This document shows positions 1 through 7,069 of a DNA stretch of 64,000 nt, piece by piece. This DNA is from Clostridia bacterium (GTDB lineage Bacteria > Bacillota > Clostridia > Oscillospirales > Acutalibacteraceae), in contig JAFWAC010000001.1 of assembly GCA_017507805.1 (NCBI GenBank), positions 23,695 through 87,694 of the forward strand. Reading direction: 5' to 3'. Under the pieces are notes generated by a model that worked only from the letters and a program-made list of their open reading frames with translations, ran no database searches and was not told the DNA's origin. The translations under genes were made by a program, and so were the position numbers. The first letter of the stretch is position 1; each line of letters begins with the position of its first letter.

Positions 1-42
1 GTTCTGCACCGCGATGAAATTGAGGTCTGCTCAGGCTTTTTT

Positions 43-711
43 GTGAGAAAAAAGTGTTATTTCAAAAAAAGTGCAGTAACGGCGGTGAAAATTGAGCAGG
101 CTCCGCTTATGAGGCTGTTCAAAAGATATTCAGTCGGTGCAGATATCGGCGGCTTCGGTGAAGCCAAGCATAAAAATCAGATTATCCTGCCTGCCGGCAG
201 AGCAACCGAGCTTAAATCAGTTTTAAAGACCTGCTTTCCCTTTATAGCGGCGGGAGGGAAAAGCATCAGGGTAAAAAGGAGCAGACTTTTAAGAAACCGT
301 TTTTTGTTTTTACCAAGCGTCTATTTGTTGTGTATGATTATTGGCTCTGCGGTTTTAGCCCGTAAATTCAAGGATTTCACCCACTTTATATTTTTTTCCT
401 GCCTGACAGCCCTCTTCCTGATTTTCTGTTATTCCTTCGTTTGTTTATATGAATACCGCCACAGCGCGGTTTGCTTTGGCAAGATTGTACACGCCAGAAG
501 CATTAAAGGCTTTCGCGCCTTTTCGCTTTATATTCCGCAAAAAAACTTAGGAGAAATCAAAATCACCCGTTTTGGAATGGATTTTCCCCTAAAAACCTGC
601 CGCGTCAGGCTTACGGTCTGCTCCGAGCAGGCGGAAAGCATACGAATAAAGCATTTAGATTACAAAACCGTTATGGCACAAATTAAGAAAGATTTTCTTT
701 CGGACGAATAA
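43..711 (+). CDS. hypothetical membrane protein (two predicted TM helices then a ~90-aa C-terminal domain; start uncertain)
   Basis: Only long ORF in any frame across ~670 nt. Hydrophobic segments LFLPSVYLLCMIIGSAVLA and FIFFSCLTALFLIFCYSFVCLY. No family recognised by eye; the architecture is reminiscent of membrane-flanked bacterial PH-domain proteins (inference only). Confidence 0.45.
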   Translation: MRKKCYFKKSAVTAVKIEQAPLMRLFKRYSVGADIGGFGEAKHKNQIILPAGRATELKSVLKTCFPFIAAGGKSIRVKRSRLLRNRFLFLPSVYLLCMIIGSAVLARKFKDFTHFIFFSCLTALFLIFCYSFVCLYEYRHSAVCFGKIVHARSIKGFRAFSLYIPQKNLGEIKITRFGMDFPLKTCRVRLTVCSEQAESIRIKHLDYKTVMAQIKKDFLSDE

Positions 712-738
712 TTCCCCAAAAAGTGTGAAAAATATCAA

Positions 739-754
739 TGTTTCACATGAAACA
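739..754. promoter_or_regulatory. parS-like centromere site TGTTTCACATGAAACA
   Basis: 15/16 match to the Firmicute parS consensus TGTTNCACGTGAAACA. Sits inside a longer palindrome with 12-bp arms (734..759). parA-parB lie 0.6 kb downstream. Confidence 0.6.
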
Positions 755-774
755 TTGATTGGAGGAAACATAGC

Positions 775-1143
775 GTGGAAATTTTTACTGATTGCCTTTA
801 TGCCTTTTTGGTCGGCGGTTTGATTTGTATGATTGGTCAGATTTTTATTGATTTCACCAGACTGACACCTGCAAGAATACTCGTTTCTTATGTTGTAAGC
901 GGTGTAATACTTACCGCCCTCGGTATTTATGAGCCGATCGTGGAGTTTGCAGGAGCAGGCGCCACCGTTCCGCTTACCGGCTTTGGTTACAGTCTGGCGA
1001 CCGGAGTTAAAGAGGCTGTTATGCAGTACGGCTTGCTCGGCGCATTTTGCGGCGGTCTCACCGCAACGGCGGCAGGAATTACCGCCTCGATAGTTTTCGG
1101 TTATATAATGGCGCTGATATTCCGACCGGGGGACAAAACCTGA
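775..1143 (+). CDS. spoVAE: stage V sporulation protein AE (SpoVAEB-like membrane protein)
   Basis: 122 aa, GTG start. Strong resemblance to SpoVAE (LVGG.IC..GQI.ID.T.LTPARILV ... GAGATVPLTGFGY.LA.GV ... GG.TATAAGI). Confidence 0.85.
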   Translation: MEIFTDCLYAFLVGGLICMIGQIFIDFTRLTPARILVSYVVSGVILTALGIYEPIVEFAGAGATVPLTGFGYSLATGVKEAVMQYGLLGAFCGGLTATAAGITASIVFGYIMALIFRPGDKT

Positions 1144-1165
1144 TTTTTTTGCTGTCTGATTAGCT

Positions 1166-1215
1166 GCGGTGCAAAATAGCCATAATTTAACGGTTATTTT
1201 GTACCGCGTATTTTT
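1166..1215 (+). terminator. putative intrinsic terminator after spoVAE
   Basis: 13-bp stem GCGGTGCAAAATA / TATTTTGTACCGC (one G-U pair) followed by GTATTTTT. Confidence 0.45.
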
Positions 1216-1224
1216 ATATTTGTC

Positions 1225-1253
1225 TTTACTTTTTACTGTATGGTTGGTATAAT
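1225..1253 (+). promoter_or_regulatory. sigmaA-type promoter for parA-parB
   Basis: TTTACT (1225..1230), 17-nt spacer, TGG-TATAAT extended -10 (1248..1253). Confidence 0.45.
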
Positions 1254-1279
1254 GTAAAACATAAAGTTATCAAACACAT

Positions 1280-1295
1280 AGTTTCACGTGAAACT
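1280..1295. promoter_or_regulatory. parS centromere site AGTTTCACGTGAAACT
   Basis: Perfect 16-bp palindrome whose 14-bp core is identical to parS (GTTTCACGTGAAAC). Located 18 nt upstream of the parA start. Confidence 0.75.
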
Positions 1296-1312
1296 TTTTT
1301 GGGAGTACATAT

Positions 1313-2083
1313 ATGGGTAAAATAATTTCAATCGTAAATCAAAAGGGCGGTGTCGGAAAAACCACAACCGCCGTGAATTTAGCCTCGGCAATAGGAATTG
1401 AAGGCAAAAAAGTGCTTCTTGTTGATGCTGACCCGCAGGGTAACAGCACCAGCGGCTACGGAATAAGCAAAAAAGAAACCAAGCTCACCTCATACGAGCT
1501 GTTGATTGGCAAGGGCACTGCCGATACTGCCGCAGTAAAAACCGAATATAAAAATGTTGATGTTGTGCCGTCCTCAATCAATCTTGCCGCCGCAGAGGTG
1601 GACTTGATTGAGATGGAAAACCGCCACGCACAGCTTAAAATGGCGCTCGCTTCTGTGAGAGAAAAATATGACTATATTTTTATCGACTGTCCGCCCTCGT
1701 TAGGCTTAATTACCATAAACGCGTTAAATGCAAGCGACACAGTTCTCGTGCCGATTCAGTGCGAATACTTTGCTCTTGAGGGACTTTCCCAGCTTACTGC
1801 CACGGTGCGTCAGGTAAAAAGGCTTTACAATCCCACCCTTGAAATTGAGGGCATCGTACTCACTATGTATGATGGCAGATTGAACCTTACACAACAGGTT
1901 GTGGGTGAGATTAAAAAATACTTTGCAACCAAGCTCTATAAAACCGCCATTCCGCGCGCTGTAAGGCTCTCGGAAGCACCGAGCTACGGTATGCCCATAC
2001 AGTATTACGATAAGCGTTCAAAGGGAAGCTCGGCATACAACGATTTGGCAAAAGAATTTTTGAAAAAGAACAGGAGAGGTTAA
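1313..2083 (+). CDS. parA: chromosome partitioning ATPase ParA/Soj
   Basis: 256 aa. Deviant Walker A KGGVGKTT. ParA-family conservation throughout (DADPQGN, IDCPPSLG). Confidence 0.96.
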   Translation: MGKIISIVNQKGGVGKTTTAVNLASAIGIEGKKVLLVDADPQGNSTSGYGISKKETKLTSYELLIGKGTADTAAVKTEYKNVDVVPSSINLAAAEVDLIEMENRHAQLKMALASVREKYDYIFIDCPPSLGLITINALNASDTVLVPIQCEYFALEGLSQLTATVRQVKRLYNPTLEIEGIVLTMYDGRLNLTQQVVGEIKKYFATKLYKTAIPRAVRLSEAPSYGMPIQYYDKRSKGSSAYNDLAKEFLKKNRRG

Positions 2084-2085
2084 GA

Positions 2086-2931
2086 ATGGCAGTAAAAAAA
2101 GGCGGTCTCGGAAAGGGACTTACATCACTCTTTGATGAAAACGCAACCGACAATGACGGTGTTGTAACGGTTGATATAAACGACATTGAGCCCAATAAAA
2201 ATCAGCCCCGCCGCGACTTTGACGAAAAAGCCCTTTCAGAGCTTGCTGACAGTATATCCAGACACGGTCTTATACAACCTATTGTGGTTCGTCCCACGAT
2301 AGACGGCAGATATACGATTATTGCAGGTGAGCGCCGTTGGCGCGCCTGCCGCATTGCAGGGGTAAATCAGGTGCCTGTTATGGTTAAAAACACCGATGAC
2401 CGCACCCTTATGGAATTAGCCCTGATTGAAAACCTGCAGCGCGAGGATTTAAACCCTGTTGAGGAGGCTTTGGGCTACCGCGCTCTCATTGAGGATTTTT
2501 CCCTCACTCAGGAGGAGGTTGCAACGAGAATGGGCAAATCGCGCAGTGCGGTCACAAACACTCTGCGTCTTTTGAGCCTTAACGAAACCGAGCTGGAAGC
2601 CCTCAGAAAGGGAATTATCTCGGCAGGTCACGCAAGAGCCCTTTTGAGCTGTGAGGACGAGGAGCTTCGCCGCAAAATGCTGATTTTGGCGGCAGACGGA
2701 GCCTCTGTGCGAGAGCTTGAGAGAATGGCGGCAGGTTCTAAGAAAAAGGCACAAAAGCCGACTGCTTCTCCAAAGCCCAATTTTTACAGTGAGGTTGAGC
2801 TTTCCCTTAAAAACGAAATGCGCCGCAAGGTATCGGTAAAACCCACGGGCAAGGGAAAGGGAACGATAACCATTGAATTTTTCAGCGATGCCGAGCTTTC
2901 GGAGTTTGCAAAAAAATTAGCAGGAGAGTAA
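2086..2931 (+). CDS. parB: chromosome partitioning protein ParB/Spo0J
   Basis: 281 aa. ParB box motifs (IEPNKNQPRR, IIAGERRWRA). HTH and C-terminal dimerisation region. Immediately follows parA. Confidence 0.96.
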   Translation: MAVKKGGLGKGLTSLFDENATDNDGVVTVDINDIEPNKNQPRRDFDEKALSELADSISRHGLIQPIVVRPTIDGRYTIIAGERRWRACRIAGVNQVPVMVKNTDDRTLMELALIENLQREDLNPVEEALGYRALIEDFSLTQEEVATRMGKSRSAVTNTLRLLSLNETELEALRKGIISAGHARALLSCEDEELRRKMLILAADGASVRELERMAAGSKKKAQKPTASPKPNFYSEVELSLKNEMRRKVSVKPTGKGKGTITIEFFSDAELSEFAKKLAGE

Positions 2932-2934
2932 TGA

Positions 2935-2963
2935 TTGACTTATTCTGTCTGATGTGATATAAT
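2935..2963 (+). promoter_or_regulatory. sigmaA-type promoter of the SCIFF locus
   Basis: TTGACT (2935..2940), 17 nt, TGA-TATAAT (2958..2963). GGAGG RBS at 2986..2990. Confidence 0.55.
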
Positions 2964-3000
2964 ATAAAAAAATTCTAATTCTTAACGGAGGATGACAAAT

Positions 3001-3147
3001 ATGAAGCGTATTCAGACTTTGGATACTAAAAATCTTTGTGAAAGCGCTAAAAACGGCGGTTGCGGCGAGTGCCAGACTTCCTGCCAATCTGCTTGCAAAA
3101 CCAGCTGCGGTATTGCAAACCAGGAGTGCGAAAACGCTGATAAATAA
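3001..3147 (+). CDS. scfA: SCIFF ribosomal peptide precursor (six-cysteines-in-forty-five family)
   Basis: 48-aa ORF absent from the ORF track: MKRIQTLDTKNLCESAKNGGCGECQTSCQSACKTSCGIANQECENADK. Contains the family signature GGCGECQTSCQSACKTSC. GGAGG RBS. Sits directly upstream of the cognate radical SAM maturase. Confidence 0.9.
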   Translation: MKRIQTLDTKNLCESAKNGGCGECQTSCQSACKTSCGIANQECENADK

Positions 3148-3162
3148 TTAAAGCTTTTCGAG

Positions 3163-3185
3163 TGCCGCCGTTTGGCGGCATTTTT
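3163..3185 (+). terminator. intrinsic terminator/attenuator between SCIFF precursor and maturase
   Basis: TGCCGCC-GTTT-GGCGGCA hairpin followed by TTTTT. Confidence 0.6.
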
Positions 3186-3217
3186 AGTGTATAGGATTTT
3201 TTAAGGAAGGTAAAAAA

Positions 3218-4597
3218 ATGATACATTGCTATAAGCTTGGCGGACTTAATATCGTGTTGGATGTCTATTCCGGCTCTGTGCATCTTGTGGACGAGGTGGC
3301 ATACGATATTATCAGTATGTATGAAACTGAAACACTTGAACAGATAACCGAAAAAATTCTCGCAAAATACGGAGCTTTACCCGATGTCACAGCAGAGGAA
3401 ATAAAGGCTTGCTTCGAGGAAATCGGAGAATTAAAGCAGGCAGGCAAGCTTTTTAAGGAGGACACCTTTAAACCGATGGCAGGTGACCTCAAGCAAAAAA
3501 GTGCAGGAATAGTAAAGGCTCTCTGCCTTCATGTGGCACACACCTGCAACCTCAACTGCTCCTATTGCTTTGCAAGTCAGGGCAAATACCACGGTGACAG
3601 GGCAATTATGAGCCTTGAGGTGGGTAAAAGAGCCTTGGATTTCCTTATTGAAAATTCGGGCAGCCGCAGAAATTTAGAGGTTGATTTCTTTGGCGGCGAG
3701 CCGCTTATGAATTTTGATATGATTAAAGAGCTTGTTGCCTATGCCCGAAAGAGGGAAAAAGAAGCCAACAAAAATTTTCGCTTCACCCTGACAACTAACG
3801 GAATTTTGGTTGATGATGAGGTAATCGACTTTGCAAACCGCGAAATGAGCAATGTTGTGCTCAGTCTTGACGGCAGAAAGGAAGTTCACGACCGCTTCAG
3901 GGTTGATTACAACGGAGTGGGAAGCTGGGAGAGAATTGTTCCCAAATTTCAGCGCTTTGTTGAGAAGCGCGGCAACAAAAACTACTATATGCGCGGCACC
4001 TTTACCCACGCAAACCCCGATTTTGTCAAGGATATTGAAGAAATGCTGTCCTTGGGCTTCACCGAGCTTAGTATGGAGCCGGTGGTCTGCGCTCCCGATG
4101 ATCCCTCGGCACTGACCGAGCAGGATTTGCCCATCGTTTTAGAGCAGTACGAAAAGCTGGCATTTTTAATGCTTGACTGCATAAAACAGGGCAAGCCCTT
4201 CACCTTTTATCACTATATGCTTGACCTTAAAAGCGGCCCTTGCATTTACAAGAGGATTTCGGGCTGTGGCTCTGGTACCGAATATATGGCGGTTACTCCT
4301 TGGGGCGACCTTTATCCCTGCCATCAGTTTGTGGGTGAGGAAAGGTTCAGGCTCGGCAATGTATGGACAGGGGTTGAAAACACCGCTGTTCAGGACGAGT
4401 TTGCCGCCTGTAATGTTTACACCCGTCCCGAATGTGAAAACTGCTGGGCAAAGCTTTATTGCTCGGGCGGCTGTGCGGCTAATGCCTATCACGCGACCGG
4501 CTCTGTAAACGGAATTTACAGCTACGGCTGTGAGCTTTTCAGAAAAAGAATGGAATGTGCAATTATGCTTGAAGCGGCAAAGACAGTGGGTAAGTGA
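3218..4597 (+). CDS. scfB: SCIFF radical SAM maturase (SPASM-domain thioether-forming enzyme)
   Basis: 459 aa. CNLNCSYC radical-SAM CxxxCxxC motif. Cys-rich C-terminal SPASM region (CGSG...CHQF...CxxC...CSGGC). Adjacent to the SCIFF peptide. Confidence 0.92.
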   Translation: MIHCYKLGGLNIVLDVYSGSVHLVDEVAYDIISMYETETLEQITEKILAKYGALPDVTAEEIKACFEEIGELKQAGKLFKEDTFKPMAGDLKQKSAGIVKALCLHVAHTCNLNCSYCFASQGKYHGDRAIMSLEVGKRALDFLIENSGSRRNLEVDFFGGEPLMNFDMIKELVAYARKREKEANKNFRFTLTTNGILVDDEVIDFANREMSNVVLSLDGRKEVHDRFRVDYNGVGSWERIVPKFQRFVEKRGNKNYYMRGTFTHANPDFVKDIEEMLSLGFTELSMEPVVCAPDDPSALTEQDLPIVLEQYEKLAFLMLDCIKQGKPFTFYHYMLDLKSGPCIYKRISGCGSGTEYMAVTPWGDLYPCHQFVGEERFRLGNVWTGVENTAVQDEFAACNVYTRPECENCWAKLYCSGGCAANAYHATGSVNGIYSYGCELFRKRMECAIMLEAAKTVGK

Positions 4598-4598
4598 T

Positions 4599-5939
4599 AT
4601 GGATACCCCGATTGTAGATTTTGTGAAAAGCTATGCAAACCAAAATAATATGAGGCTTCATATGCCGGGACACAAGGGCAAAGCCTTTTTGGGTCCCGAA
4701 CGGTGGGATATAACCGAAATCGAGGGTGCAGATGTGCTTTACAGCGCAAACGGTATTATAAAAAAAAGTCAGCAGAACGCCGCCTCACTTTTCGGCACAG
4801 AAAAAACCCTTTATTCAACCGAGGGCTCCTCACTTTGTATCAGGGCTATGGTCTCACTTATTAAAATGTATGCCGGTATACAAAAGCAAAAGCCGACTGT
4901 ATTAGCCGGCAGAAACGCGCACAAAAGCTTTGTTACAGCCTGCGCTGTGCTTGATGTTGAAGCCGATTGGCTTTTTCCGCCCGAAAGTGAAGCTCTGCTT
5001 TCCTGCAATATCACGGCGGAGTATCTCGAAAGTGTTTTAAGCAGTTGCTCGGTTAAACCGACCGCGGTTTATGTCACAAGTCCCGATTATCTCGGGAATA
5101 TGCTTGATATAAAGGCTTTGTCTCAGGTTTGCCGCAAGCATAAAGTTTTATTGGCAGTTGACAATGCCCACGGCGCATACCTCAAATTTTTGCCCGTTTC
5201 TCTCCATCCAATGGATTTGGGGGCTGATATTTGCTGTGATTCGGCGCACAAAACACTTCCCGTTTTAACGGGCGGCGCTTATTTGCATATAAGTAAGCTT
5301 GCACCCGAATTTTTAAAGCTTTGCTCGGAAACGGCAATGTCACTTTTTGCTTCAACAAGCCCGTCTTACCTGATTTTGCAATCGCTTGATATGGCAAATG
5401 AATATTTATCTCTTAATTATAAAGCAAGCCTTTCGGAATTTATTTCAGAGGTTCGAGGGCTTAAAAATGAGCTGGTAACACAAGGTTATCGGCTTTTAGG
5501 AAACGAGCCGTTAAAGCTTACCCTTGCCACTAAGGAATACGGCTACACGGGCCTTGAGCTTGCGGAAGCATTGGCAGAAAAGGGGATTATCTGCGAATTT
5601 TCCGATCCTGATTTTATATGCTTTATGCTAACCCCCGAAAACGGCGCCGAAAATCTTGAAAAGCTTAAAACTGCCCTGCTTGAGATACCAAAAAACGAGC
5701 CTTTGACCGCTTTGCCGCCCAAGCCAACCCTTAAAAAACGGGTGCTGAGCCTGAATGAGGCTGTTTTTTCGCCGGGCAGGCAAATTCCTGTGAGCCAATC
5801 CCTTGGAAAAATTCTGGCTTCCCCGACAGTGAGCTGTCCTCCGGCAGTACCCCTTGTGATGTGCGGTGAGGAAATCGACCAAGCCGCAATCGAAGGCTTT
5901 TCTTATTACGGAATTAAAGAATGTACCGTTGTTTTTTGA
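4599..5939 (+). CDS. PLP-dependent Orn/Lys/Arg decarboxylase-family protein
   Basis: Start moved to the ATG at 4599 (MDTPIVDF..), 1 nt after the scfB stop. MPGHKG N-terminal motif and DSAHKT PLP-lysine motif. Confidence 0.85.
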   Translation: MDTPIVDFVKSYANQNNMRLHMPGHKGKAFLGPERWDITEIEGADVLYSANGIIKKSQQNAASLFGTEKTLYSTEGSSLCIRAMVSLIKMYAGIQKQKPTVLAGRNAHKSFVTACAVLDVEADWLFPPESEALLSCNITAEYLESVLSSCSVKPTAVYVTSPDYLGNMLDIKALSQVCRKHKVLLAVDNAHGAYLKFLPVSLHPMDLGADICCDSAHKTLPVLTGGAYLHISKLAPEFLKLCSETAMSLFASTSPSYLILQSLDMANEYLSLNYKASLSEFISEVRGLKNELVTQGYRLLGNEPLKLTLATKEYGYTGLELAEALAEKGIICEFSDPDFICFMLTPENGAENLEKLKTALLEIPKNEPLTALPPKPTLKKRVLSLNEAVFSPGRQIPVSQSLGKILASPTVSCPPAVPLVMCGEEIDQAAIEGFSYYGIKECTVVF

Positions 5940-5960
5940 ATTTTGGTTTTCTGTTTCATT

Positions 5961-5995
5961 AAAAAATCTCCTGTCTTTAGGGCAGGAGATTTTTG
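5961..5995. terminator. bidirectional-looking hairpin terminator (A-tract, 8-bp stem, T-tract)
   Basis: AAAAA-ATCTCCTG-TCTTTAGG-CAGGAGAT-TTTTT between convergent genes. Homologous to the hairpin at 6800..6838. Confidence 0.6.
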
Positions 5996-6175
5996 TTACT
6001 TATATTCAATTTTAATTTCGCCATTTTGCGCCTCAAAATCTCTTATACATTGGCGGATTAGGTATAATATCTGTCCGTTTGCCGAACGCCCCTCATATTT
6101 TGCAATATAGTGAAGCTTTCCGTGTATTTCAGGCTCTATCTCAATTCCTAAATGCTTGTTATTCTTATTTCTCAT
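5996..6175 (-). CDS. small ribbon-helix-helix (Arc/CopG-like) DNA-binding protein
   Basis: 59 aa from the ATG at 6175 (GGTGA RBS). Predicted beta-strand HLGIEIEPEIH followed by two helices. Divergent from the SLOG gene with a palindromic operator between them. Confidence 0.6.
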   Translation of the reverse strand: MRNKNNKHLGIEIEPEIHGKLHYIAKYEGRSANGQILYLIRQCIRDFEAQNGEIKIEYK

Positions 6176-6238
6176 TAATATCACCAACAAATCTTAATTT
6201 AAGTATATTTTAAGATTAATTTATGATATAATGGGGTT

Positions 6239-6261
6239 AGTATACTTAAATTAAGTATACT
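6239..6261. promoter_or_regulatory. operator-like perfect palindrome AGTATACTTAA-A-TTAAGTATACT
   Basis: 11-bp arms. Immediately downstream of a TATAAT at 6227..6232. A third half-site, CTTAATTTAAGTATA, at 6193..6207. Confidence 0.5.
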
Positions 6262-6285
6262 AAATATATAGGAAAGAGTGTTTTT

Positions 6286-6723
6286 ATGGTTTGTACTTTT
6301 TTTGGGCACCGAACGATAGATAAAGGAATAGAGCCGACCTTGCGGTCAATCCTTGTGGATTTAATAGAAAATAAAAATGTAGAAAAGTTTTATGTTGGAA
6401 ATCATGGTTCCTTTGATTCTTTAGTAATAAGAAATCTTGAAGCATTAGAAACCATTTATCCGCATATTAAATATTCAATCGTACTTGCGTATTTAACGGG
6501 AAAAAAGAGTGAATATCATTGCTTTGATTTTTCTCGTACGCTTTATCCTGACGGGCTTGAAAAAACCCCTCCAAAATTTGCGATAGATAAGCGCAACCGT
6601 TGGATGATTGAAAAATCAGATTTTGTTGTAACCTATGTAAAAAGGTTTGGCGGTGCGTATAATTACAAAGAAATTGCTGAAAAAAAGGGAAAAATTATAA
6701 TTAATATAGCAGACTTAATTTAA
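6286..6723 (+). CDS. SLOG-superfamily protein, DUF1273/YpsA-like (paralog of 57790..58224)
   Basis: 145 aa. FFGHR N-terminus, FYVGNHGSFD, YPHIKY..VLAY, AIDKRNRWMIEKSD. About 53% identical to the 57.8-kb paralog by manual alignment. Confidence 0.75.
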   Translation: MVCTFFGHRTIDKGIEPTLRSILVDLIENKNVEKFYVGNHGSFDSLVIRNLEALETIYPHIKYSIVLAYLTGKKSEYHCFDFSRTLYPDGLEKTPPKFAIDKRNRWMIEKSDFVVTYVKRFGGAYNYKEIAEKKGKIIINIADLI

Positions 6724-6733
6724 TAAAGCTTTT

Positions 6734-6799
6734 GTAGGGGCAGGCGTCCTCGACTGCCCGTCAAACGCATCTAAACCTTTTCAGACAGCCCGTCCCTAC
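6734..6799. repeat. GTAGGG...CCCTAC palindromic element, copy P1-a (right arm degenerate)
   Basis: GTAGGGGCAGGCGTCCTCGACTGCCCGT ... CAGACAGCCCGTCCCTAC. Related to the copies at 42283..42355 and 51399..51471. Confidence 0.7.
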
Positions 6800-6838
6800 A
6801 AAAAATCTCTCCCTGATAAACACAGGGAGAGATTTTTG
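6800..6838. terminator. hairpin terminator, homologous to 5961..5995
   Basis: AAAAA-ATCTCTCCCTG-ATAAACA-CAGGGAGAGAT-TTTTT, an 11-bp perfect stem. Confidence 0.6.
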
Positions 6839-6856
6839 TTATTTACATTTGCCTAT

Positions 6857-7069
6857 AAATTATAGTTTAGCGGTTCGAATGTTTTTCACAACCATTAGCT
6901 CCCTCTGATGAGGGAGCTGTCACCGCAAGGTGACTGAGGGAGAGAAAAAACAAGGATTTATCTGTGTTTTAGCCTTTTCTCTCCCTCCGAGTTTGCTCCG
7001 CAAACCCACCTCCCTCGTCAGAGGGAGGCAAGGTTTCAGCTTTCTATTTAGCGCGGCAAACTATAATTT
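6857..7069. mobile_element. MITE-like unit bounded by the AAATTATAGTTTAGCG terminal motif, carrying palindrome S-a
   Basis: AAATTATAGTTTAGCG at 6857..6872 and an imperfect inverted copy CAAACTATAATTT at 7057..7069. No coding capacity. Confidence 0.55.
6898..7028. repeat. S-element copy a: ~130-nt multi-hairpin palindromic repeat
   Basis: GCTCCCTC-TGAT-GAGGGAGC, GTCACC-GCAA-GGTGAC, long stem GAGGGAGAGAAAA/TTTTCTCTCCCTC, GTTTGC-TCC-GCAAAC, CCTCCCTC-GTCA-GAGGGAGG. Other copies at 31042..31170 and 58288..58420. Confidence 0.85.

Noticed and set aside
4530-4598. Upstream extension of the decarboxylase ORF that overlaps scfB by 68 nt.
   Set aside because: The family-typical N-terminus begins at MDTPIVDF (ATG at 4599), right after the scfB stop. 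The extension has no RBS.
6861-6880. tRNA-like fragments (TAGTTTAGCGG resembling a D-arm, and GGTTCGAAT resembling a T-loop) next to the terminal motif.
   Set aside because: The two pieces are adjacent, with no acceptor, anticodon or variable arms. The other copies of the motif lack the GGTTCGAAT part. This is probably coincidental.
6904-6910. CTGATGA in the S-element, which matches the hammerhead ribozyme core box, with GAAA downstream.
   Set aside because: The CTGATGA forms the loop and stem of a simple 8-bp hairpin. The sequence that follows cannot form a stem II closed before GAAA, and there is no stem III or cleavage-site arrangement. One copy has CTGACGA.
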